A stretch of DNA of 36,814 nt, taken from Myxococcota bacterium. GTDB taxonomy: Bacteria > Myxococcota_A > UBA9160 > UBA4427. Numbering within the stretch: position 1 is the stretch's first letter; each line of letters starts with the position of its first letter. The position numbers and the translations under genes were made by a program. Positions 1-8,195 of this stretch are shown one piece after another. The notes beneath the pieces are model-generated. The model saw only the letters and a program-made list of their open reading frames with translations. It was not told the origin of the DNA and searched no databases. The stretch is from the NCBI GenBank assembly GCA_036336835.1, contig JAYZFK010000051.1, positions 1 through 36,814 on the forward strand, written 5' to 3'.

Positions 1-186
1 GACGCCGCAGCGTCGTGAGCACGTCCGCTTCGGCCGGGAGTCCGGCGTACGTGCTATCGGCGTTGATGCCCGTGCGGCGCGCGCGGGAAGACTCGCACGA
101 GAGCCGTCTGCCGCGGGGCGATGGCTCGCCGAGGGCTTCGACCCGTGGGTCGCGCCGTCGAGCGCGGCCGCCGCGCGGCTGCGGGC

Positions 187-2070
187 TCAGTGCGGTGCGA
201 GACGCCGGACGCGCTCTTGCGCGTCGGCCCAGCCCGGATCGAGTCGTGCCGCCTCGCGGAAGTGATCGAGCGCCTCACTGCGCCGGCCGAGTTCGAGCAG
301 GAGGTTGCCGAGGTTGTAGTGGGTGATGGCCGTCGGGGCGATCGCCAGGGCCAGCTCGTACTCGCGCAACGCTGCGTCACGGTCGTTCTTCAACGCGAGC
401 ACGTAGCCCAGGTTGGCGTGCGCGTCGGCCGAGCGGGGATGGATCGCGAGCGCCCGCTCGAACTGCTGCATCGCCTCGTCGAGCCGGCCCTGCGCTCCCA
501 GCACCGATCCCAGGCTGATGCGCGACTCCAGGTTGTCCGGCTCGAGCTCGACTGCGCGCTCGGCGAACGGGAGCGCCTCGGCCGGCCGGCCGAGCAGGCG
601 GAGCGTGTTGCCGAGGTTGTGGTGGGCGTGGGCGAAGCCGGGATCGATCTCGAGCGCGCGGTGGTAGCGGGCCATGGCGGCGTCGCGATTGCGGTCCTGG
701 AGCGCCAGCCCGAGATTGTTCTGGCTGCGCGCGTTGTCCGGCCACGCGGCGACGGAGCTCTGCCAGATCGCGATCTCCGTCTGGTACTCGCGGTTGCGCT
801 CGAAGGTGAGCCAGCCCAGGACGATGGCCACGGCGAGCACGCCGGCCTGGAAGGCGCGCTCTCGCCCTGTCGCGGCTCGATCGGGTGGCGGCTTCGAGCC
901 GGCCCCCCGCCGCTCGACGAGTGTCCACGCGGCCAGGACGAAGAGCACGACGGCCGCGGCCAGCGGCAGGTAGAGCCGACGCTCGGCGCCCACCTCCGTC
1001 AGGATCGGAACGATGCTCGAGGTCGGGCTCAAGATGACGAAGAACCAGGCGCCCAGGAAGCCGAGCGGCGGACGCCGCCAGAGCGCGACGCCGGTCGCCG
1101 CCAGCAGGGCCAGCAGCGCGGCCGCCTGCGGCAGGACCTCTGCGACCGAGAGGCTCCGCGGCGTTCCGTAGTCGAGCACCAGCGGGTCCGGCCAGACGAT
1201 CAGGCGGAGGTAGTGCACGAGCATCACGCACTGATTGAGGGCGTACTCGAAGCTCGCCGCGATCCCGCCGATGCTCGCCGAGCGAGGTCCCCACCAGTTG
1301 AGGGCCGCAAGCAGCAGCCAGCTCGCGGCGAGACCCGCGTACAGCTGGCGTCGCTCGCGCAACGCCCGGCGCAGCCCGCCCCCGTAGAAGCAGACGTCGT
1401 AGAGCACCACCATGAACGGGGCCGTGACCATGGATTCCTTGGCCGTCACGCCGAGCGCACAAGAGACGACCGCCGCCGTGTGCCAGCCTCCCCAGCGCTC
1501 CGTTGCGCGAGCGCGAGGTCGAGCACGAATGGACGCGTAGAGCGTGAACAGATAGAGCAGCGCCATCAGCGACCCGGTTCGCTGAATCACGTAGTTCACG
1601 CACTCGGTATTCAGGGGATGCAGCACCCAGAGCAGGGCCGAGGCAAACGCGAGCTCGTCGGCGGCCCGCCCGTAGCGCGGCTCGAGCAGCGGCACGCGCA
1701 GCGTGCGCCGGATGCAGCCGAAGAGCGCGAGCGCGCAGAGCGCGTGCAAGGCGAGGTTCGCGGCGTGGTAGCCGCGGACGTCGAGCCCACCCGCGGCGTA
1801 GTTCAGCGCGAGCGACAGGCCGGCGAGCGGACGGCCGGCGAGCGGCGACTGGTAGGGCGCGGTGAGCACCTGCTCGAGCGGCCACAGGCTCCGGATGTGC
1901 GGGTTGCCCACGATCGCCGTCTTGTCGTCGTAGATGAACGGGCCCGTCAGGCTGTTCGAGTAGGCCAGCGCCGCCGCCACCAGCAGCAGCGCCGGATAGA
2001 GCCGCGGGCTCGCTGGCCGCGGGGTTGCCGAGGCGTTGCGCTGCTTGCGGCTTCGGGCAGTAGCTCGCAC
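187..2070 (-). CDS. TMTC-like protein: multi-TM GT-C-type glycosyltransferase domain (putative protein O-mannosyltransferase) with C-terminal TPR repeats
   Basis: 627 aa. AYSNSLxGPFIYDD (acidic DD loop after TM1), HPLNTECVNYVIQR, AKES, AERRLYLP, then several TPRs (AHHNLGNTL, AHANLGYVL, THYNLGNLL). GGAGAG lies upstream of the GTG. Confidence 0.85.
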   Translation of the reverse strand: MRATARSRKQRNASATPRPASPRLYPALLLVAAALAYSNSLTGPFIYDDKTAIVGNPHIRSLWPLEQVLTAPYQSPLAGRPLAGLSLALNYAAGGLDVRGYHAANLALHALCALALFGCIRRTLRVPLLEPRYGRAADELAFASALLWVLHPLNTECVNYVIQRTGSLMALLYLFTLYASIRARPRARATERWGGWHTAAVVSCALGVTAKESMVTAPFMVVLYDVCFYGGGLRRALRERRQLYAGLAASWLLLAALNWWGPRSASIGGIAASFEYALNQCVMLVHYLRLIVWPDPLVLDYGTPRSLSVAEVLPQAAALLALLAATGVALWRRPPLGFLGAWFFVILSPTSSIVPILTEVGAERRLYLPLAAAVVLFVLAAWTLVERRGAGSKPPPDRAATGRERAFQAGVLAVAIVLGWLTFERNREYQTEIAIWQSSVAAWPDNARSQNNLGLALQDRNRDAAMARYHRALEIDPGFAHAHHNLGNTLRLLGRPAEALPFAERAVELEPDNLESRISLGSVLGAQGRLDEAMQQFERALAIHPRSADAHANLGYVLALKNDRDAALREYELALAIAPTAITHYNLGNLLLELGRRSEALDHFREAARLDPGWADAQERVRRLAPH

Positions 2071-2218
2071 CGGGGCTCTCCGAGAGGAGGCGGTGGCTCG
2101 TCCGCGGAGCGCTTCGCCAATGGGCCAGTGAGACGCTGGAAGTATAGGCGCGCCACGCGCCCGCCGAGCGCGCCGACCTCACCTGGAATGGGGCGGCACG
2201 CCTTGCACCGGGGGTCGA

Positions 2219-2530
2219 GTGAGCGCGACGAACGAGATCGTGCGCAGACCCGGATCCGAGCAGGATCGAGAGCTGCTCTACACGCTGCTCGAGCGGGCGC
2301 TCGGGCCGCAGATCGAGCGCACCTACGGGCCCTGGGACGAGAGCTGGCAGCGGCAGCATTTCCTCGAGACCAGCGATCCCACCGCGCACGAGATCATCGA
2401 GCTCGCCGGCCAACCGATCGGCTGCCTGCTGCTCGAGGAGCGCCCCGAGTGCCTCGAGCTCCACCGCATCTTCCTGTTTTCGGAGCAGCAGAATCGGGGC
2501 ATCGGGGCAGGCCTTCTGCGCGAGGTGCTG
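2219..2530 (+). pseudogene. C-terminally truncated GNAT-family N-acetyltransferase
   Basis: The first ~104 codons look like a GNAT (GPWDESWQ...PIGCLLLEE...LHRIFLFSEQQNRGIGAGLL, acetyl-CoA motif A QxxGxG). Similarity stops at 2530, after which the frame runs antisense to the next gene with no GNAT C-terminal motif. Confidence 0.6.
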
Positions 2531-3454
2531 TCAATCCCCGGTCTGCCGGCGTGCGCGGGATGCGGCGCGCTCGGCGTCTTCGATGCACTGATCGAGTGCA
2601 CCGGGGGCGTCGGATCCGAGGATGCGCAGGCGAACGGCGCAGGCGGCTTCGATCGGGCGGTCGAGCCAGAGCCTGTGCTCGTCGATCTCGACGAACTCGA
2701 CTCGCGCCCCCGGCGGCGCGAGCTTCCGCGTGGCTCGCCGTTGAGGCTCGGTGGGGGAGCGGGGCAGGGCGACCAGCAGGAGGTCGACGCGCAGCGCACG
2801 AAGCTCGGCGCGACCGATCGGGATGCGCTGCCGATCCGAGCCGTGTGTCGTGGACTCGGCTCCCGCGATCTGCACCAGATCCACGGTCGGGCTGTGTCCT
2901 CCGGCCAGCTCGAGCGGATCGAGCGAAACCAGCGGAGCGACGAGGGGCCGCCGCGCCGTGTCGTCGTGTGCCGCGGTCGACAGGAAGGCGAGCGGGTCGG
3001 CCAGAGCACGAATGCGTCCGGTCGCCCGATCGACGGCGCCGAGGTGGTTGCCCAGCTGTCGCAGCGCCCCGTAGACGTCCGCGAAGCCGTGTGGGGCGAT
3101 GTCGAGGATCTCGATGCCGCGTGCGCGCCACTGCTCGACATAGCTCGGGTCGAAGGGGACGGGGATGAGGACCAGGGTGGGATCGTGATCGAGCACCTGC
3201 GCGGGGTCGATCTCGGGCAGCTCGGTAGTCTGCGCAGGAGGGGTCGCGCCGGCGCCGACTGCGACGAGCGCGTCCGAGCGTTCGAGGTCAATCACGAGCT
3301 GGGTGCCGAGCGGCGAGAACGAGATGACGCGGTGTGCGGTCTCGGGCGCCTGCCCGGTCGGCGAGCAGGCGAGCACGAGCGCCACGGAGGTGCAGAATAG
3401 CGACACAGAGAAGCGTCGTCTCGCCTGCGGCGATCGCGCGTTCGATACCTGCAT
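2531..3454 (-). CDS. Helical-backbone (BtuF/FhuD-like) ABC substrate-binding lipoprotein
   Basis: ATG at 3454 gives a basic N-terminus, a hydrophobic stretch and lipobox LVLA-C, followed by RVISFSPLGTQLVIDL and LDHDPTLVL. The start was chosen by the signal peptide; the ORF track extends to 3640. Confidence 0.7.
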   Translation of the reverse strand: MQVSNARSPQARRRFSVSLFCTSVALVLACSPTGQAPETAHRVISFSPLGTQLVIDLERSDALVAVGAGATPPAQTTELPEIDPAQVLDHDPTLVLIPVPFDPSYVEQWRARGIEILDIAPHGFADVYGALRQLGNHLGAVDRATGRIRALADPLAFLSTAAHDDTARRPLVAPLVSLDPLELAGGHSPTVDLVQIAGAESTTHGSDRQRIPIGRAELRALRVDLLLVALPRSPTEPQRRATRKLAPPGARVEFVEIDEHRLWLDRPIEAACAVRLRILGSDAPGALDQCIEDAERAASRARRQTGD

Positions 3455-3461
3455 CGTGCCA

Positions 3462-3470
3462 TGGTACAAT
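3462..3470 (+). promoter_or_regulatory. Putative extended -10 promoter element (TGnTACAAT)
   Basis: TGGTACAAT lies 36 nt upstream of ATG 3507, followed by the inverted repeat ATCGAC-TC-GTCGAT (3469-3482) and SD TAAGGAG (3493-3499). Confidence 0.5.
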
Positions 3471-3506
3471 CGACTCGTCGATGAAGTCGGGGTAAGGAGC
3501 GCGATC

Positions 3507-4163
3507 ATGCGACTTCGAGGCCGTGACAGCGATCCAGGTGAGCTGAGCTCGACTTTGAGCTTGATTTTGAGACGGTGGAGCGGATTCGCTTCCCTCGCGC
3601 TCCTCGGCGCTCTCTCCGCTTCCTCGCCGGCTGCCGCCAAGAGTCACCTCTGGCGCATGAACGAGTTCTTCAGCAACTCGTCGGGCAGCATCCAGTTCAT
3701 CGAGTTCACGCTGGACTTGTCGTCCGAGAACGAGACGCAGACTGACGGCTCCACGCTCGAGAGCAACACCGTGTTCCACACCTTCGGTCAGGATCTCGTG
3801 GGCAGTACCGCGTTCAAGAAATTTCTGGCGGCGACGCAGGGGTTCGTCGGGCTACCCGGCGCGCCGACTCCCGATTTCATCATCCCGGACAACTTCTTCA
3901 ATCCGTCGGGCGATCTGCTGCGCTACCTCACGATCGCCCACGTCGTGCAGCTCAACAGCGTGCCGACCGATGGTTTCCATTCGGCCGATCTCGGCGGAAA
4001 CGCCCAGATCAACAGCCCGACGAACTTCGCCGGCGAGAGCGGGACGATCAATCTCGCGGCGGCCGTCCCGGCCGTCCCGGGCTGGCTTCTCGTGACCTGC
4101 GCGGGGCTGCTCGTTGCGATCGCAGGCGCCTTCGTCTCTCCGCGTCTGCAGTCTTCGGCCTGA
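3507..4163 (+). CDS. Secreted/surface protein with a C-terminal IPTL-CTERM/PEP-CTERM-like sorting tail
   Basis: SD TAAGGAG plus ATG. Signal peptide ends SPAAA-K; the mature domain is S/T/N/G-rich (HLWRMNEFFSNSSGSIQFIEF...NSPTNFAGESG); the C-terminus is AVPAVPGW, a hydrophobic helix and one Arg. Confidence 0.7.
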   Translation: MRLRGRDSDPGELSSTLSLILRRWSGFASLALLGALSASSPAAAKSHLWRMNEFFSNSSGSIQFIEFTLDLSSENETQTDGSTLESNTVFHTFGQDLVGSTAFKKFLAATQGFVGLPGAPTPDFIIPDNFFNPSGDLLRYLTIAHVVQLNSVPTDGFHSADLGGNAQINSPTNFAGESGTINLAAAVPAVPGWLLVTCAGLLVAIAGAFVSPRLQSSA

Positions 4164-4219
4164 CGAGCCCGAAGCCCGGTGCGGAGCGCGCGCTCGGCCT
4201 GCGGTCGAGTCGAGCCGGC

Positions 4220-4855
4220 TCAGCCCTTCGGCTTGCGGAGCGCGGCCTGGTCCGCGAGCGCCTGCTTCACCGAAGCGCGCGCGCCCACCTGCTCGTACCA
4301 CGCCTTGGCGCCCGGCAGGATCTCCAGCAGGTCGATGCCCGCGTTGGCCTGCGCGGAGGGTACGGCCAGGATGAGGCTGAAGTAGCCGGTCAGGTCCGCC
4401 TGGCTGAACTCCGACCCCGCGATCCAGGGATCGAACTTCGCCAGTCGGCTGATTGCCGCCGCGCCCTTGTTCAGGTCGGCCGCGATCGATTCCTTGACGT
4501 CGTCCGCAACGGGCTTGCCGCGCAGTGCCGCGTAGCCGCGTCGCGCCACCAGCTCGATGTACAGCTCGAGCGAGCGACAGAGCTCGCGCACCTTGGCTCG
4601 CTCGAAGGGATCCCTGGGCAAGAGCTTCGGCTCCGGTGCCGTCTCCTGGATGTACTCGAGGATGGCGTCGGTTTCGCTGAGGAAGTTTCCGTCCACCTCG
4701 AGGCACGGGATCTTGCCCATCGGGCTCCTGGCCAGGTACGCCGCATCTTGCGACGGCGGGGCCAGCACCTCTTCGAACTCGATCCCCTCTTCCAACAGTG
4801 CGGTCTTGACCATGTTGTAGTAGTTGCTGAGAGCCGCGCCGTGAAGCTTGAGCAT
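4220..4855 (-). CDS. Glutathione S-transferase family protein
   Basis: 211 aa. LSNYYNMVK, SPMGKIPCL, LSETDAILEYI, and C-terminal GSEFSQAD. Confidence 0.9.
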   Translation of the reverse strand: MLKLHGAALSNYYNMVKTALLEEGIEFEEVLAPPSQDAAYLARSPMGKIPCLEVDGNFLSETDAILEYIQETAPEPKLLPRDPFERAKVRELCRSLELYIELVARRGYAALRGKPVADDVKESIAADLNKGAAAISRLAKFDPWIAGSEFSQADLTGYFSLILAVPSAQANAGIDLLEILPGAKAWYEQVGARASVKQALADQAALRKPKG

Positions 4856-4958
4856 GGATTCCCTCGGGCCCGAGTGGCGGGCGGTTTCGATCTCGCGTCG
4901 CGCGAGAGCTCCAGTCTACCCGCTAGAGCGCTTGCGAAGTCAACCCCGCTGCTGCGAC

Positions 4959-5786
4959 CTATTCGGCTCGCTTGCCGTGCGTGTGATTGCGCAGCTCGGG
5001 GTTGCGCTCGAGGATCGTCACCGAGAACAGCCGGTCGTCGATCTCGGGATCGATCACCAGGTTCTCGAAGCTCGCCGTCGTGGTCGTGTGCCGAGAGAGA
5101 TTCTCGACCGTCAGCCGTGTCGGGACGATGTGGCCGCGCTCGAGCCGCAGCTCTTCGCGCCGGGCCGTAATGATGCGGAACGCTCCCTCGAACCGCTTCT
5201 TGTAGTAACGCATTTCCAGCAGGGCGAGATCGGAGGCGGCGATCAAGTAGTCGACCGCGTTGTAGGTCAGCTTCTCGACCGGCCGCGCGTGGATCCGGTA
5301 GCTCGCCTCGCCCTGCGTGCGGGTGTGCTCGAAGGCGAGGATCTCGAAGTCCGCGACGTGCCGCCGCTCGAGGTCCTCGTAGGTGATGTCGGTGCCGAAG
5401 AAGGCGTCGCCCTTCTGGGACGAGCTGATGCGGCGGACGCGGCCGAGCGTGGGCAGATACACGAAGGATTCGTTGTCGCGACCCTTGGCCTCGATCGTCA
5501 GGATCGTCATGTCGCGCAGGTAGTGGGGCCAGTTCAGCTTGCCCACGCTGTGGTGCATGCCGTCGATCAGCTTCGACGCGGCGTCGAACACGCGGCGGTG
5601 CTCGCGGCCGTTGCGGTCGCGCATGACCAACTCGATCTCCGCCGTGATGTCCGCGTCATAGCGCCGGGCGAACGTCTCGCGCAGGATCTCCTCGGGGTCG
5701 GGCGTCTCGGCTGCCGCCGCGGCGGCGATCGCGGTTGCCAGCCAGGTGACGAGTCCCGCGCTGCGCAGCCGTTGGCGTGTTCGCAT
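4959..5786 (-). CDS. Outer-membrane lipoprotein-sorting (LolA-like) periplasmic protein
   Basis: Signal peptide, then VYLPTLGRVRRISSSQKGDAFFGTDITYEDL, which is typical of this family. SD GGAGGAG. Confidence 0.8.
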   Translation of the reverse strand: MRTRQRLRSAGLVTWLATAIAAAAAAETPDPEEILRETFARRYDADITAEIELVMRDRNGREHRRVFDAASKLIDGMHHSVGKLNWPHYLRDMTILTIEAKGRDNESFVYLPTLGRVRRISSSQKGDAFFGTDITYEDLERRHVADFEILAFEHTRTQGEASYRIHARPVEKLTYNAVDYLIAASDLALLEMRYYKKRFEGAFRIITARREELRLERGHIVPTRLTVENLSRHTTTTASFENLVIDPEIDDRLFSVTILERNPELRNHTHGKRAE

Positions 5787-5805
5787 GGTCTCCTCCCGTT
5801 GGGAG

Positions 5806-8187
5806 TCAGGCGGTCGGAATCAGCACGGTGGCGCGGGTTCCGCCGCCCGGGAAGCTCGCGATCTCCATTGCGCCTCCGAGCTCCGTCATGATGTCGCGGC
5901 ACGCGCTCAGGCCGATGCCGAGCCCGCCCTCGCTGTGCTTCGTGAAGCCGCGCTCGAACACGCGGGGCATCAGCGATCGCTCGATGCCGGTCCCCAGATC
6001 TTCGACGACGATCTGGACGCGAGAGCTCTGGAGCGCCGCGAACAGGCGAACGCGCTCTCCTGCGGGCGAGGCCCGCAGCGCGTTGTCGATCAGGTTCGCG
6101 ATCACGCGCTCGAGGCTGTTGCCGAGGGTCACGCCCGAGAGAGATGGGTCGACCTCGCTCACCACTGCGCCCGCTCCGTGAACGAGCGAGGCGTGCTGGA
6201 CAGCCGATGTGATCATGGCGTCGACCGATGCCGGGATCTCGCCAGGCTCTGCCGAGTTTGCCTGGCGCAGGAAGTTCGTCAGGCTGCTCGACAGGTTCGA
6301 CGTGATGTCGAGGATCAGAGCGATGTCGCGCCGCAGCTTGTCGCGCTCGACGGCGGTGTGGGGGAGGCGTCGCACCAGCCGCGTCATCCAGTCGACCTCC
6401 TTGCCGAGGTCGTGCGACATCGCCTCGGCAAGGGGCAGCAGTGGGTTGCCAACCTGGCGTGTCGAGCGTTCGACGAGCCGCGTGCGGTGCAAGCTCGCGG
6501 CGGCAGCATTGCACAGGCGCACGATGAACTCGAGGTCGGTCCCCGTATAGGGCAGCTTGTCGCGACGCGGCCCGAGCAACAGCAGTCCGACTGGGACGTT
6601 GCTGTACACGATCTCGGCGATCACGCGGATGCCCGCGTCCTGCAGCTCTTCGACCGCTTCGGCGCCGAGCTCTTCTTCCATCAGCTCGGTGTGCGCCACC
6701 GGCATGCCACGCAGCGCCTCGACAGCGCGGCTGGCAAGTGGATCGCGCGTCGGCAGGCCGTCGCCGATCGGCATCGCCTCGCTATAGGAGTCGGGACCCA
6801 GCAGGAGGATCGAGCCCTCGTGGCAGCCGAGTCCATCGCGGACCTGGCGCACAAGGCGATCGAGCAGCTCTTGGCTGCTGGTGGCCGAGCTCAGCTCGGC
6901 CTGGAACTCTTCGCGCAGTCGGTGGAACTTCTTGGCGCCGGGCTCTGAGATCAGCTCGGTGAGCCGCGCCATCCGGACGCGCGTGAACTCGGTGACGATC
7001 GCGCAGGCAAAGGCCACCAGGAATACGAGCGAGAGATCCGGGCGCGCCGTCTCCGCGAGACCGAAGTGCAGCGCGAGATGGAGCACCGCCGTGATGGCGA
7101 TCGATGCGCCGGAGACGTAGGCGATCGTCTCGAGCAGATTGCGCGCGCGGTTCGTACCGCTGAACAGGTCGTAGCGGCTGATCGCCATCGAAATCGGGAT
7201 CGGCAGCAGCACCGTACTCGCCCACAGCACCGCGGTCATCCGCTCGAGCACGTTCGGGCTCGGCGGCGAGAGCGCGATGGCAGCCGGAATGAGGATCACG
7301 CACACCCCCGCCAGCAGTACCTTGCTGCGCGCGACCTCGAGCGAAGATTTGGACTCCTTCAGAGCGGAGTAGCAGCACATGACGAGGATCACCCACGCAC
7401 CGACTGACAGGCCAATGAGCAGAACCAGGTAGAAGGGCCAGACGATTGGCGTGCGATTGAGCGCGAACCAGCCCATCGGTCCGAGCAGGGCGATCGACCA
7501 GTACGGCAAGCGCGTGGTCTCGGGGAACGCGATAGTGATGGGGTGGACGCGGGGGAAGGTGAGCGCCAGGTGTAGTAGTGCCGCGGGCGCGATCCCGATC
7601 GCCAGCAGTGCGGCCTCGGAGAGCCAGGGCGAAGCGCGTGCCGTGATGGCGACGACGCTGATGAACGCGATCGTGCCGTAGAGAACGGTGATCGGGGGTA
7701 CGGCGAGCGCCTCGCGCTCGTGCACGGCCAGCACGAAGGGAAGGGCCAGCAGGATCGCCGCGAACAGCGCCGCGGCACCGAGGCGTGAGCGTTGGCTGAG
7801 CGCGCTCACGTGCAGGATGTCGATCGTGGCCGGGTACTCGTCGTACCCGTCGCGGACCTCGATCGGCAGGAAGCTTCGGCCCGAATCGAGCTCGGCCTCG
7901 AGGCCGGCTGCGTGGAACACGGGCGTGCGCTCGTCTCCCGTCCAATAGCTGCGCACGCGCCCGTTCGTCCTGACCTCGCACAGCCGGGTTCCCGGTGCTC
8001 GCACCACATGGGCGTTGGGCAGGACCCAGCAGCCGAGCTCGTGGGTTCCCTCGCTGCCGAGCACGCCAGCCGACGCGATGAGCAGCGCGACGACGGTTGG
8101 GATCGCGCACGCGACGGCGAGCCAGACACGCGGCTCTCCCCAGGCCCGCGTCGAGGGAACGGGGCTTCGAGTAGAGGCAGCGCGCAT
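5806..8187 (-). CDS. Sensor histidine kinase: N-terminal TM and extracytoplasmic loop, multi-TM region, GAF-like domain, HisKA, HATPase
   Basis: H-box SHDLGK, N-box ANLIDNA, G1 EDLGTGI, F RVFERGF, G2 GGLGIGL. GAF-like VGLLLLGPRRDKLPYTGTDLEFI. About 8-9 hydrophobic segments. Confidence 0.9.
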   Translation of the reverse strand: MRAASTRSPVPSTRAWGEPRVWLAVACAIPTVVALLIASAGVLGSEGTHELGCWVLPNAHVVRAPGTRLCEVRTNGRVRSYWTGDERTPVFHAAGLEAELDSGRSFLPIEVRDGYDEYPATIDILHVSALSQRSRLGAAALFAAILLALPFVLAVHEREALAVPPITVLYGTIAFISVVAITARASPWLSEAALLAIGIAPAALLHLALTFPRVHPITIAFPETTRLPYWSIALLGPMGWFALNRTPIVWPFYLVLLIGLSVGAWVILVMCCYSALKESKSSLEVARSKVLLAGVCVILIPAAIALSPPSPNVLERMTAVLWASTVLLPIPISMAISRYDLFSGTNRARNLLETIAYVSGASIAITAVLHLALHFGLAETARPDLSLVFLVAFACAIVTEFTRVRMARLTELISEPGAKKFHRLREEFQAELSSATSSQELLDRLVRQVRDGLGCHEGSILLLGPDSYSEAMPIGDGLPTRDPLASRAVEALRGMPVAHTELMEEELGAEAVEELQDAGIRVIAEIVYSNVPVGLLLLGPRRDKLPYTGTDLEFIVRLCNAAAASLHRTRLVERSTRQVGNPLLPLAEAMSHDLGKEVDWMTRLVRRLPHTAVERDKLRRDIALILDITSNLSSSLTNFLRQANSAEPGEIPASVDAMITSAVQHASLVHGAGAVVSEVDPSLSGVTLGNSLERVIANLIDNALRASPAGERVRLFAALQSSRVQIVVEDLGTGIERSLMPRVFERGFTKHSEGGLGIGLSACRDIMTELGGAMEIASFPGGGTRATVLIPTA

Positions 8188-8195
8188 CCCGATCC

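Noticed and set aside
1..186. Possible gene fragment at the left edge
   Set aside because: Open frames exist on both strands, but there is no recognisable motif or start signal, so it cannot be called.
2191..2207. Possible sigma54 -24/-12 promoter (GGCACG...TTGC)
   Set aside because: The GG-to-GC spacing is 8 nt (or 11-12 nt), not the required 10.
121..3168. 1015-aa plus-strand ORF
   Set aside because: It is an antisense shadow of the TMTC-like and BtuF-like genes, Arg/Ala-rich with no motifs. Long shadow ORFs are expected at this GC content.
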